From the human T2T-CHM13v2.0 reference genome, Homo sapiens: 64,000 nucleotides of DNA. The DNA lies in assembly GCF_009914755.1 (NCBI RefSeq), contig NC_060939.1; one strand, 5' to 3'. The notes under the pieces were generated by a model. The model was not told where the DNA came from. It did not search any database and worked only from the letters and a program-made list of their open reading frames with translations. The position numbers were made by a program, and so were the translations under genes. Shown in pieces: positions 51,001-63,890 of this stretch (positions within the stretch are counted from its first letter, which is position 1; every line of letters begins with the position of its first letter).

Positions 51001-54000
51001 TTATATGAAGATATCTCCTTCTCCAAAGCAGGTCTCAAAGCCCTCCAAATATTCACTTCAAGATTCTACGGAAAGATTGTCTCAACACTGCTAAATCTAA
51101 ACAAATGTTCAACTCTGTGTGATGAATGCACTCATCACAGAGAAGTTTCTCTGAATGCCTCTGTGTAGTTTTTATTTGAAGATATTTGCTTTTCCAGTAT
51201 AGGGCGAAATAGGGCTCCAAATATTCACTTGCAGATTCTACAAAAGGAGAGATTCCAAACTGCTCAATCAAAACATAGGTTCAACACTGTGAGTTGAATG
51301 CACACATCACAAAGAAGTTTCACAGAGTGCTTCTGGGTAGTTTTTATTTGAGGATATTTCCCTTTCCACAATAGGCCTCAAAGCTTTCCAAATATCCACT
51401 TGCAGATTCTGCAAAAAGAGAGATACAAAACTGCTCTATCAAAAGATAGATTCGACTCTGTGAGTTGAATGCCAACATCGCAAAGAAGTTTCTCAGAATG
51501 CTTCTCTGCAGCTTTTTTGTGAGTATGTTTCGTTTTCCACCATAGGGCGAAATGGGGCTCCAAATATCCACTTGCATTTCCTACAAAAAGAGAGATTCTA
51601 AGCTGCTCAATCAAAACATTGTTTCAACACGGTTAGTTGAATGCACACATCCCAAAGATGTTTTTCAGAGTGCTTCTGTGTGGTTTTTATGTGAAGATAC
51701 TTCCTTTTCCACAATAGGCCTCAAATCTCTGTAAATATCCACTTGCAGACTCTACAAAGAGTGTTTCCAAACTGCTCAATCATAAGATAGGTTCAACTCC
51801 GATAGTTGAATGCACACATCACAAAGAAGTTTCTCAGAAAGATTCTGTGTAGTTTTTGATGAAGATATCTTCTTCTCTAAAACAGAACTCCAAGCCCTCC
51901 AAATATTCACTTCAAGATTCTACGGAAAGATTGTCTCAAAACTCTTAAATCAAAACAAAGTTTCAACTCTGTGTCATGAATGCATTCATCTCAAAGAAGT
52001 TTCTCTGAGTGCTTCTGTGCAGTTTTTATTTGAAGATAATTGCTTTTCCAGTATAGGGCGAAATAGGGCTCCAGATATTCACTTGCAGATTCTACAGAAA
52101 GAGAGATTCCAAACTGCTCAATCAAAACATAGGTTCAACACTGTGAGTTGAATGCATACATCGCAAAGAAGTTTCACAGAGTACTTCTGGGTGGTTTTTA
52201 TTTGAAGATATTTCCCTTTCCACAATAGGCCTCAAAGCTTTCCAAATGTCCACTTGCAGATTCCACCAAAAGAGTGTTTCGAAACTGCTCAATCAAAAGA
52301 AAGGTTCTACTCTGTGGGATGAATGCACACATCACAAAGTAGTTTCTCAGAATGCTTCTGTGTAGTTTTTATGTGAAGATATTTGTTTTTCCACAGTAGG
52401 CCCCAAAGAGCTCCAAATATTCACTTGCAGATTCTACAAAAAGAGTGTTCCAAAACTGCTCAATCATGAAATAGGATCAACCCTGTGAGATGAATGTACG
52501 TATGACAGAGAAGTTTCTCAGAATGCTTCTGTGTAGTTTTTATGCGAAGATATTCGATTTTCCACAGTACGCCTCAAAGTTCTCCAATTATCCACTCGTA
52601 GATTCTGCAAAAAGAGAGATTCAAAACTGCTCAATCAAAAGATAGTTTCTACTCCATTAGCTGAAAGACCACATCACAAAAAAAGTTTCTCAGGATGCTT
52701 CTGTGTAGTTTTTATGTGAAGATATTTGGTTTTCCACAGTAGGCCTCAAAGCGCTCCAAATATCCACTCACAGATTCTGCAAAAAGAGAGATTCAAAACT
52801 GCTGAATCAAAAGACAGTTTCAACTCTGTGACTTCAGTGCACACCTCACAAGGATGTTTCTCAGAATGCTTCTGTGTAGTTTTTATATAAAGATATCTCC
52901 TTCTCCAAAATGGATCTCAAAGTTCCCCAAATATTCACTTCCAGATTCTATGGAAAGATTGTCTCAAAACTGCTCAATCAAACCAAAGGTTCAACTCTGT
53001 GAGATGAATGCACACATCACAAAGAAGTTTCTCAGAGTACTTCTGTGTAGTTTCTATTTGAGGATAGTTCCTTTTCCACCACAGACCAGAAAGGGCTCCA
53101 AATATCCATTGCAGATGGTACAAAAAGTGAGATTCAAAACTGCTCAATCCAAAGGTAGTTTCAACCATGTGATATGAATGCACACAGCACAGAGAATTTT
53201 CTCAAAATGCGTCTGTCTAGTTTTTATTTGAAGATATTTCCTTTTCTACCATAGGCCACAAACGTCTCCAAATATCCACATGCAGCTTCTACAAAAAGAG
53301 AGATTCAAAACTTCTCAATCAAAAGATAGGTTCAACTCTGTGAGTTGAAAGCACACCTCACACAGAAGTTTCTCAGAGTGCTTCTGTGTGTTTTTATGTG
53401 AAGATATTTCCTTTTCCACAATAGGCCTCAAAGCTCTCCAAATATCTGCGAGCAGAGTCTACAAAATGAGAGATTCAAAACTGCTCAATGAAAAGATAGG
53501 TTCAACTCTGTGAGTTGAATGCACACCTCCAAAGAAGTTTCTCAGAATGCTTCCGTGTAGTTTTTATGTGAAGATATTTACTTTTCCACAGTTGTCCCAA
53601 AGCTCTAAAATATCCACTTGCAGACCCTCCAAAAGAGTGTTTCAGAATTGCTCAATCAAAGGGAAGGTTCAATTCTGTGTGACCAATGCACTCATCACAA
53701 AGAAGTTTGTCTGAATGCTTCTGTGTAGAATTGATTTGAAGATAATTCCTTTTCCACCACAGTCCACAAAGGGCTAAAAATATCCATTGCCGATTCCACA
53801 AAAAGAGAGATTCAAAACTGCTCAATCACAAGATAGGTTCAACTTGGTAATTGGAAAGCACACATGACAAACAATTTCTGAGAATGTTTCTGTGTAGTTT
53901 TTAAGGGAAGATATTTGATTTTCAAATGTAGGCCTCAAATCGCTCCAAATATCCACTTGCATATTGTACAAAAAGAGAGATTCAAAACTGGTCACTCAAA

Positions 54001-57000
54001 AGTTAGGTCCAGCTCTGTGAGCTGAATGCACACATCACAAAGATGTTTCTCAGAAGGTTTCTGTATAGTTTCTATATGAAGATATTTGCTTTTCCACAAT
54101 ATGCCTCAAATCTCCCCAATTATCCACTTGCAGATTCTAGAAAAAGAGTGTTTCAAAACAGCTCAATCAAAATAAACTTTCAACTCTGTGAGATCAATGC
54201 ACACATCACAAAGAAGTTTCTCAGAATGCTTCTGTGTAGTTTTTTTTGTGAAGATATTTGATTTTCCACAGCAGGCTTCCAAGCACTCCAAATATCCACT
54301 CGCAGATTCTGCAAAAAGAGAGATTCAAATCTGCTGAATCAAAAGATAGGTTTAACTCTGTGACTTCAATGCACACCTCACAAGGGTGTTTCTCAGAAAG
54401 CTTCTGTGTAGTTTTTATATGAAGATATCTCCTTCTCCAAAGCAAGTCTCAAAGCCCTCCAAATATTCACTTCAAGATTCTACGGAAAGATTGTCTCAAC
54501 ACTGCTAAATCTAAACAAATGTTCAACTCTGTGTGATGAATGCACTCATCACAGAGAAGTTTCTCTGAATGCCTCTGTGTAGTTTTTATTTGAAGATATT
54601 TGCTTTTCCAGTATAGGGCGAAATAGGGCTCCAAATATTCACTTGCAGATTCTACAAAAGGAGAGATTCCAAACTGCTCAATCAAAACATACGTTCAACA
54701 CTGTGAGTTGAATGCACACATCACAAAGAAGTTTCACAGAGTGCTTCTGGGTAGTTTTTATTTGAGGATATTTCCCTTTCCACAATAGGCCTCAAAGCTT
54801 TCCAAATATCCACTTGCAGATTCTGCAAAAAGAGAGATACAAAACTGCTCTATCAAAAGATAGATTCGACTCTGTGAGTTGAATGCCAACATCGCAAAGA
54901 AGTTTCTCAGAATGCTTCTCTGCAGCTTTTTTGTGAGTATGTTTCGTTTTCCACCATAGGGCGAAATGGGGCTCCAAATATCCACTTGCATTTCCTACAA
55001 AAAGAGAGATTCTAAGCTGCTCAATCAAAACATTGTTTCAACACGGTTAGTTGAATGCACACATCCCAAAGATGTTTTTCAGAGTGCTTCTGTGTGGTTT
55101 TTATGTGAAGATACTTCCTTTTCCACAATAGGCCTCAAATCTCTGTAAATATCCACTTGCAGACTCTACAAAGAGTGTTTCCAAACTGCTCAATCATAAG
55201 ATAGGTTCAACTCCGATAGTTGAATGCACACATCACAAAGAAGTTTCTCAGAAAGCTTCTGTGTAGTTTTTGATGAAGATATCTTCTTCTCTAAAACAGA
55301 ACTCCAAGCCCTCCAAATATTCACTTCAAGATTCTACGGAAAGATTGTCTCAAAACTCCTAAATCAAAACAAAGTTTCAACTCTGTGTCATGAATGCATT
55401 CATCTCAAAGAAGTTACTCTGAATGCTTCTGTGCAGTTTTTATTTGAAGATAATTGCTTTTCCAGTATAGGGCGAAATAGGGCTCCAAATATTCACTTGC
55501 AGATTCTACAGAAAGAGAGATTCCAAACTGCTCAATCAAAACATAGGTTCAACACTGTGAGTTGAATGCATACATCGCAAAGAAGTTTCACAGAGTACTT
55601 CTGGGTGGTTTTTATTTGAAGATATTTCCCTTTCCACAATAGGCCTCAAAGCTTTCCAAATGTCCACTTGCAGATTCCACCAAAAGAGTGTTTCGAAACT
55701 GCTCAATCAAAAGAAAGGTTCTACTCTGTGGGATGAATGCACACATCACAAAGTAGTTTCTCAGAATGCTTCTGTGTAGTTTTTATGTGAAGATATTTGT
55801 TTTTCCACAGTAGGCCCCAAGGAGCTCCAAATATTCACTTGCAGATTCTACAAAAAGAGTGTTCCAAAACTGCTCAATCATGAAATAGGATCAACCCTGT
55901 GAGATGAATGTACGTATGACAGAGAAGTTTCTCAGAATGCTTCTGTGTAGTTTTTATGCGAAGATATTCGATTTTCCACAGTACGCCTCAAAGTTCTCCA
56001 ATTATCCACTCGTAGATTCTGCAAAAAGAGAGATTCAAAACTGCTCAATCAAAAGATAGTTTCTACTCCATTAGCTGAAAGACCACATCACAAAAAAAGT
56101 TTCTCAGGATGCTTCTGTGTAGTTTTTATGTGAAGATATTTGGTTTTCCACAGTAGGCCTCAAAGCGCTCCAAATATCCACTCACAGATTCTGCAAAAAG
56201 AGAGATTCAAAACTGCTGAATCAAAAGACAGTTTCAACTCTGTGACTTCAGTGCACACCTCACAAGGATGTTTCTCAGAATGCTTCTGTGTAGTTTTCAT
56301 ATAAAGATATCTCCTTCTCCAAAATGGATCTCAAAGTTCCCCAAATATTCACTTCCAGATTCTATGGAAAGATTGTCTCAAAACTGCTCAATCAAACCAA
56401 AGGTTCAACTCTGTGAGATGAATGCACACATCACAAAGAAGTTTCTCAGAGTACTTCTGTGTAGTTTCTATTTGAGGATAGTTCCTTTTCCACCACAGAC
56501 CAGAAAGGGCTCCAAATATCCATTGCAGATGGTACAAAAAGTGAGATTCAAAACTGCTCAATCCAAAGGTAGTTTCAACCATGTGATATGAATGCACACA
56601 GCACAGAGAATTTTCTCAAAATGCGTCTGTCTAGTTTTTATTTGAAGATATTTCCTTTTCTACCATAGGCCACAAACGTCTCCAAATATCCACATGCAGC
56701 TTCTACAAAAAGAGAGATTCAAAACTTCTCAATCAAAAGATAGGTTCAACTCTGTGAGTTGAAAGCACACCTCACAAAGAAGTTTCTCAGAGTGCTTCTG
56801 TGTGTTTTTATGTGAAGATATTTCCTTTTCCACAATAGGCCTCAAAGCTCTCCAAATATCTGCGAGCAGAGTCTACAAAATGAGAGATTCAAAACTGCTC
56901 AATGAAAAGATAGGTTCAACTCTGTGAGTTGAATGCACACCTCCAAAGAAGTTTCTCAGAATGCTTCCGTGTAGTTTTTATGTGAAGATATTTACTTTTC

Positions 57001-60000
57001 CACAGTTGTCCCAAAGCTCTAAAATATCCACTTGCAGACCCTCCAAAAGAGTGTTTCAGAATTGCTCAATCAAAGGGAAGGTTCAATTCTGTGTGACCAA
57101 TGCACTCATCACAAAGAAGTTTGTCTGAATGCTTCTGTGTAGAATTGATTTGAAGATAATTCCTTTTCCACCACAGTCCGCAAAGGGCTAAAAATATCCA
57201 CTTGCCGATTCCACAAAAAGAGAGATTCAAAACTGCTCAATCACAAGATAGGTTCAACTTGGTAATTGGAAAGCACACATGACAAACAATTTCTGAGAAT
57301 GTTTCTGTGTAGTTTTTAAGGGAAGATATTTGATTTTCAAATGTAGGCCTCAAATCGCTCCAAATATCCACTTGCATATTGTACAAAAAGAGAGATTCAA
57401 AACTGGTCACTCAAAAGTTAGGTCCAGCTCTGTGAGCTGAATGCACACATCACAAAGATGTTTCTCAGAAGGTTTCTGTATAGTTTCTATATGAAGATAT
57501 TGGCTTTTCCACAATATGCCTCAAATCTCCCCAATTATCCACTTGCAGATTCTAGAAAAAGAGTGTTTCAAAACAGCTCAATCAAAATAAACTTTCAACT
57601 CTGTGAGATCAATGCACACATCACAAAGAAGTTTCTCAGAATGCTTCTGTGTAGTTCTTTTTGTGAAGATATTTGATTTTCCACAGCAGGCTTCCAAGCA
57701 CTCCAAATATCCACTCGCAGATTCTGCAAAAAGAGAGATTCAAATCTGCTGAATCAAAAGATAGGTTTAACTCTGTGACTTCAATGCACACCTCACAAGG
57801 GTGTTTCTCAGAAAGCTTCTGTGTAGTTTTTATATGAAGATATCTCCTTCTCCAAAGCAGGTCTCAAAGCCCTCCAAATATTCACTTCAAGATTCTACGG
57901 AAAGATTGTCTCAACACTGCTAAATCTAAACAAATGTTCAACTCTGTGTGATGAATGCACTCATCACAGAGAAGTTTCTCTGAATGCTTCTGTGTAGTTT
58001 TTATTTGAAGATATTTGCTTTTCCAGTATAGGGCGAAATAGGGCTCCAAATATTCACTTGCAGATTCTACAAAAGGAGAGATTCCAAACTGCTCAATCAA
58101 AACGTAGGTTCAACACTGTGAGTTGAATGCACACATCACAAAGAAGTTTCACAGAGTGCTTCTGGGTAGTTTTTATTTGAGGATATTTCCCTTTCCACAA
58201 TAGGCCTCAAAGCTTTCCAAATATCCACTTGCAGATTCTGCAAAAAGAGAGATACAAAACTGCTCTATCAAAAGATAGATTCGACTCTGTGAGTTGAATG
58301 CCAACATCGCAAAGAAGTTTCTCAGAATGCTTCTCTGCAGCTTTTTTGTGAGTATGTTTCGTTTTCCACCATAGGGCGAAATGGGGCTCCAAATATCCAC
58401 TTGCATTTCCTACAAAAAGAGAGATTCTAAGCTGCTCAATCAAAACATTGTTTCAACACGGTTAGTTGAATGCACACATCCCAAAGATGTTTTTCAGAGT
58501 GCTTCTGTGTGGTTTTTATGTGAAGATACTTCCTTTTCCACAATAGGCCTCAAATCTCTGTAAATATCCACTTGCAGACTCTACAAAGAGTGTTTCCAAA
58601 CTGCTCAATCATAAGATAGGTTCAACTCCGATAGTTGAATGCACACATCACAAAGAAGTTTCTCAGAAAGCTTCTGTGTAGTTTTTGATGAAGATATCTT
58701 CTTCTCTAAAACAGAACTCCAAGCCCTCCAAATATTCACTTCAAGATTCTACGGAAAGATTGTCTCAAAACTCCTAAATCAAAACAAAGTTTCAACTCTG
58801 TGTCATGAATGCATTCATCTCAAAGAAGTTTCTCTGAGTGCTTCTGTGCAGTTTTTATTTGAAGATAATTGCTTTTCCAGTATAGGGCGAAATAGGGCTC
58901 CAAATATTCACTTGCAGATTCTACAGAAAGAGAGATTCCAAACTGCTCAATCAAAACATAGGTTCAACACTGTGAGTTGAATGCATACATCGCAAAGAAG
59001 TTTCACAGAGTACTTCTGGGTGGTTTTTATTTGAAGATATTTCCCTTTCCACAATAGGCCTCAAAGCTTTCCAAATGTCCACTTGCAGATTCCACCAAAA
59101 GAGTGTTTCGAAACTGCTCAATCAAAAGAAAGGTTCTACTCTGTGGGATGAATGCACACATCACAAAGTAGTTTCTCAGAATGCTTCTGTGTAGTTTTTA
59201 TGTGAAGATATTTGTTTTTCCACAGTAGGCCCCAAGGAGCTCCAAATATTCACTTGCAGATTCTACAAAAAGAGTGTTCCAAAACTGCTCAATCATGAAA
59301 TAGGATCAACCCTGTGAGATGAATGTACGTATGACAGAGAAGTTTCTCAGAATGCTTCTGTGTAGTTTTTATGCGAAGATATTCGATTTTCCACAGTACG
59401 CCTCAAAGTTCTCCAATTATCCACTCGTAGATTCTGCAAAAAGAGAGATTCAAAACTGCTCAATCAAAAGATAGTTTCTACTCCATTAGCTGAAAGACCA
59501 CATCACAAAAAAAGTTTCTCAGGATGCTTCTGTGTAGTTTTTATGTGAAGATATTTGGTTTTCCACAGTAGGCCTCAAAGCGCTCCAAATATCCACTCAC
59601 AGATTCTGCAAAAAGAGAGATTCAAAACTGCTGAATCAAAAGACAGTTTCAACTCTGTGACTTCAGTGCACACCTCACAAGGATGTTTCTCAGCATGCTT
59701 CTGTGTAGTTTTTATATAAAGATATCTCCTTCTCCAAAATGGATCTCAAAGTTCTCCAAATATTCACTTCCAGATTCTATGGAAAGATTGTCTCAAAACT
59801 GCTCAATCAAACCAAAGGTTCAACTCTGTGAGATGAATGCACACATCACAAAGAAGTTTCTCAGAGTACTTCTGTGTAGTTTCTATTTGAGGATAGTTCC
59901 TTTTCCACCACAGACCAGAAAGGGCTCCAAATATCCATTGCAGATGGTACAAAAAGTGAGATTCAAAACTGCTCAATCCAAAGGTAGTTTCAACCATGTG

Positions 60001-62147
60001 ATATGAATGCACACAGCACAGAGAATTTTCCCAAAATGCGTCTGTCTAGTTTTTATTTGAAGATATTTCCTTTTCTACCATAGGCCACAAACGTCTCCAA
60101 ATATCCACATGCAGCTTCTACAAAAAGAGAGATTCAAAACTTCTCAATCAAAAGATAGGTTCAACTCTGTGAGTTGAAAGCACACCTCACAAAGAAGTTT
60201 CTCAGAGTGCTTCTGTGTGTTTTTATGTGAAGATATTTCCTTTTCCACAATAGGCCTCAAAGCTCTCCAAATATCTGCGAGCAGAGTCTACAAAATGAGA
60301 GATTCAAAACTGCTCAATGAAAAGATAGGTTCAACTCTGTGAGTTGAATGCACACCTCCAAAGAAGTTTCTCAGAATGCTTCCGTGTAGTTTTTATGTGA
60401 AGATATTTACTTTTCCACAGTTGTCCCAAAGCTCTAAAATATCCACTTGCAGACCCTCCAAAAGAGTGTTTCAGAATTGCTCAATCAAAGGGAAGGTTCA
60501 ATTCTGTGTGACCAATGCACTCATCACAAAGAAGTTTGTCTGAATGCTTCTGTGTAGAATTGATTTGAAGATAATTCCTTTTCCACCACAGTCCGCAAAG
60601 GGCTAAAAATATCCACTTGCCGATTCCACAAAAAGAGAGATTCAAAACTGCTCAATCACAAGATAGGTTCAACTTGGTAATTGGAAAGCACACATGACAA
60701 ACAATTTCTGAGAATGTTTCTGTGTAGTTTTTAAGGGAAGATATTTGATTTTCAAATGTAGGCCTCAAATCGCTCCAAATATCCACTTGCATATTGTACA
60801 AAAAGAGAGATTCAAAACTGGTCACTCAAAAGTTAGGTCCAGCTCTGTGAGCTGAATGCACACATCACAAAGATGTTTCTCAGAAGGTTTCTGTATAGTT
60901 TCTATATGAAGATATTTGCTTTTCCACAATATGCCTCAAATCTCCCCAATTATCCACTTGCAGATTCTAGAAAAAGAGTGTTTCAAAACAGCTCAATCAA
61001 AATAAACTTTCAACTCTGTGAGATCAATGCACACATCACAAAGAAGTTTCTCAGAATGCTTCTGTGTAGTTTTTTTTGTGAAGATATTTGATTTTCCACA
61101 GCAGGCTTCCAAGCACTCCAAATATCCACTCGCAGATTCTGCAAAAAGAGAGATTCAAATCTGCTGAATCAAAAGATAGGTTTAACTCTGTGACTTCAAT
61201 GCACACCTCACAAGGGTGTTTCTCAGAAAGCTTCTGTGTAGTTTTTATATGAAGATATCTCCTTCTCCAAAGCAGGTCTCAAAGCCCTCCAAATATTCAC
61301 TTCAAGATTCTACGGAAAGATTGTCTCAACACTGCTAAATCTAAACAAATGTTCAACTCTGTGTGATGAATGCACTCATCACAGAGAAGTTTCTCTGAAT
61401 GCTTCTGTGTAGTTTTTATTTGAAGATATTTGCTTTTCCAGTATAGGGCGAAATAGGGCTCCAAATATTCACTTGCAGATTCTGCAAAAGGAGAGATTCC
61501 AAACTGCTCAATCAAAACGTAGGTTCAACACTGTGAGTTGAATGCACACATCACAAAGAAGTTTCACAGAGTGCTTCTGGGTAGTTTTTATTTGAGGATA
61601 TTTCCCTTTCCACAATAGGCCTCAAAGCTTTCCAAATATCCACTTGCAGATTCTGCAAAAAGAGAGATACAAAACTGCTCTATCAAAAGATAGATTCGGC
61701 TCTGTGAGTTGAATGCCAACATCGCAAAGAAGTTTCTCAGAATGCTTCTCTGCAGCTTTTTTGTGAGTATGTTTCGTTTTCCACCATAGGGCGAAATGGG
61801 GCTCCAAATATCCACTTGCATTTCCTACAAAAAGAGAGATTCTAAGCTGCTCAATCAAAACATTGTTTCAACACGGTTAGTTGAATGCACACATCCCAAA
61901 GATGTTTTTCAGAGTGCTTCTGTGTGGTTTTTATGTGAAGATACTTCCTTTTCCACAATAGGCCTCAAATCTCTGTAAATATCCACTTGCAGACTCTACA
62001 ATGAGTGTTTCCACACTGCTCAATCATAAGATAGGTTCAACTCCGATAGTTGAATGCACACATCACAAAGAAGTTTCTCAGAAAGCTTCTGTGTAGTTTT
62101 TGATGAAGATATCTTCTTCTCTAAAACAGAACTCCAAGCCCTCCAAA

Positions 62148-63629
62148 TATTCACTTCAAGATTCTACGGAAGGATTGTCTCAAAACTCCTAAATCAAAAC
62201 AAAGGTTCAACTCTGTGTGATGAATGCATTCATCACAAAGAAGTTTCTCTGAGTGCTTCTGTGCAGTTTTTATTTGAAGATAATTGCTTTTCCAGTATAG
62301 GGCGAAATAGGGCTCCAAATATTCACTTGCAGATTCTACAGAAAGAGAGATTCCAAACTGCTCAATCAAAACATAGGTTCAACACTGTGAGTTGAATGCA
62401 CACATCGCAAAGAAGTTTCACAGAGTGCTTCTGGGTGGTTTTTATTTGAAGATATTTCCCTTTCCACAATAGTCCTCGAAGCTTTCCAAATATCCACTTC
62501 CAGATTCTACAAAAAGAGTGTTTCAAAACTGCTCAATCAAAAGAAAGTTTCTACTCTGTGGGATGAATGCACACATCACAAAGTAGTTTCTCAGAATGCT
62601 TCTGTGTAGTTTTTATGTGAAGATATTTGTTTTTCCACAGTAGGCCCCAATGAGCTCCAAATATTCACTTGCAGATTCTCCAAAGGTGTGTTTCAAAACT
62701 GCTCAATCGTAAAATAGTATCAATCCTGTGAGATGAATGTACGTATGACAGAGAAGTTTCTCAGAATGCTTCTGTGTAGTTTTTATGCGAAGATATTCGA
62801 TTTTCCACAGTACTCCTCAAAATTCTCCAATTATCCACTTGTAGATTCTGCAAAAGGAGAGATTCAAAACGGCTCAATCAAAAGATAGGTTCAACTCCAT
62901 TAGTTGAAAGACCACATCACAAAAAAAGTTTCTCAGGATGCTTCTGTGTAGTTTATATGTGAAGATATTTGATTTTCCACAGTATGCCTCAAAGCGCTCC
63001 AAATATCCACTCACAGATTCTGCAAAGGAGAGATTTAAAACTGCTGAATCAAAAGACAGTTTCAACTCTGTGACTTCAGTGCACACCTCACAAGGATGTT
63101 TCTCAGAATGCTTCTGTGTAGTTTTTATATAAAGATATCTCCTTCTCCAAAATGGATCTCAAAGTTCTCCAAATATTCACTTCCAGATTCTATGGAAAGA
63201 TTGTCTCAAAACTGCTCAATCAAACCAAAGGTTCAACTCTGTGAGATGAATGCACACATCACAAAGAAGTTTCTCAGAGTACTTCTGTGTAGTTTCTATT
63301 TGAGGATAGTTCCTTTTCCACCACAGACCACAAAGGGCTCCAAATATCCATTGCAGATGGTACAAAAAGATAGATTCAAAACTGCTCAATCCAAAGGTAG
63401 TTTCAAACATGTGTTATGAATGCACACAGCACAGAGAATTTTCTCAAAATGCGTCTGTCTAGTTTTTATTTGAAGATATTATCTTTTCTACCATAGGCCA
63501 CAAACGTCTCCAACTATCCACATGCAGCTTCTACAAAAAGAGAGATTCAAAACTTCTCAATCAAAAGATAGGTTCAACTCTGTGAGAAAGAAGTTTCTCA
63601 GAATGCTTCCGTGTAGTTTCTATGTGAAG
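62148..63629 (-). repeat. Truncated, diverged terminal HOR copy at the array edge
   Basis: Monomer order matches HOR positions 1-~1670, but there are many private substitutions (62461-63060 especially), small indels and a 186-bp deletion at 63586/63587. Confidence 0.93.
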
Positions 63630-63630
63630 G

Positions 63631-63866
63631 TACACACACATCACACATACATTCAAACACATCTGTACATGTAAAATCCTTAGAAATATGAATAGGGTCT
63701 GAACCTGAGTTAATGGTATGGAAAGAATGTCAATTTCCTGATTTTGGCAACGTACTAGGTTAAGTTATATATAATCATTGGGGAAAGTTGCCTGAAAATA
63801 GCATGGTCATTCATTTTACTTCTTTTTTTAACTTCTTATGAGTCAGATTATTTTAAAACAAAAGGT
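63631..63866 (+). mobile_element. Degenerate 3' end of an ancient mammalian L1 (L1MC/L1MD/L1ME-like)
   Basis: Ordered similarity, from memory, to old L1M 3'-end motifs: CA-rich tract, 'catgtaaaa', 'gaaatatgaatagggtctg', 'aatgtcaatttcctgattttg', 'gtacta', 'cattggggaaa', 'aacttcttatgagtc', 'attattttaaaacaaaag'. Subfamily cannot be assigned without alignment. Confidence 0.7.
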
Positions 63867-63890
63867 ATTAAGCAAAGACAAAAATTTGAA

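Larger units (their letters stand above)
1..63629 (-). repeat. Alpha satellite HOR array: ~171-bp monomers in a 20-mer HOR of 3,414/3,415 bp; CENP-B-box-negative, SF4-like
   Basis: Alpha motifs (ccaaatatccacttgcagattct, aaaactgctcaatcaaaag, gttcaactctgtgagttgaatgcacacatcacaaagaagtttctcagaatgcttctgtgtagttttt) recur every ~171 bp and are the reverse complement of the usual ALR consensus. The anchor 'tattcacttcaagattctacggaaagattgtctcaaa' (with occasional SNPs) starts at 1, 3415, 6829, 10243, 13657, 17071, 20486, 23900, 27315, 30730, 34145, 37560, 41317, 45074, 48489, 51904, 55318, 58733 and 62148. The ORF track repeats with the same spacings. Confidence 0.99.

Noticed and set aside
33-63419. 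About 130 ORFs of 60-113 aa recurring every ~3.4 kb
   Set aside because: They are chance translations of alpha satellite, overlap on both strands, resemble no protein family I recognise, and appear or vanish with single SNPs or indels.
1-63629. CRISPR-like or other prokaryotic repeat-spacer system
   Set aside because: There are no unique spacers and no cas-like or other genes. The whole monomer is repeated and matches primate alpha satellite.
1-63629. Identification as DYZ3 (chrY), which also lacks CENP-B boxes
   Set aside because: The DYZ3 unit is about 5.7-6 kb (34-36 monomers), whereas this unit is 3.4 kb (20 monomers).
1-63629. Inversions or Alu/L1 insertions inside the array
   Set aside because: Orientation is uniform, and all unit spacings are explained by 1-2 bp indels or the 342-bp duplication.
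63631-63662. CA-rich tract as a standalone microsatellite or telomere-like seed
   Set aside because: It is short and imperfect, and fits the CA-rich stretch of the adjacent L1M-like 3' end.
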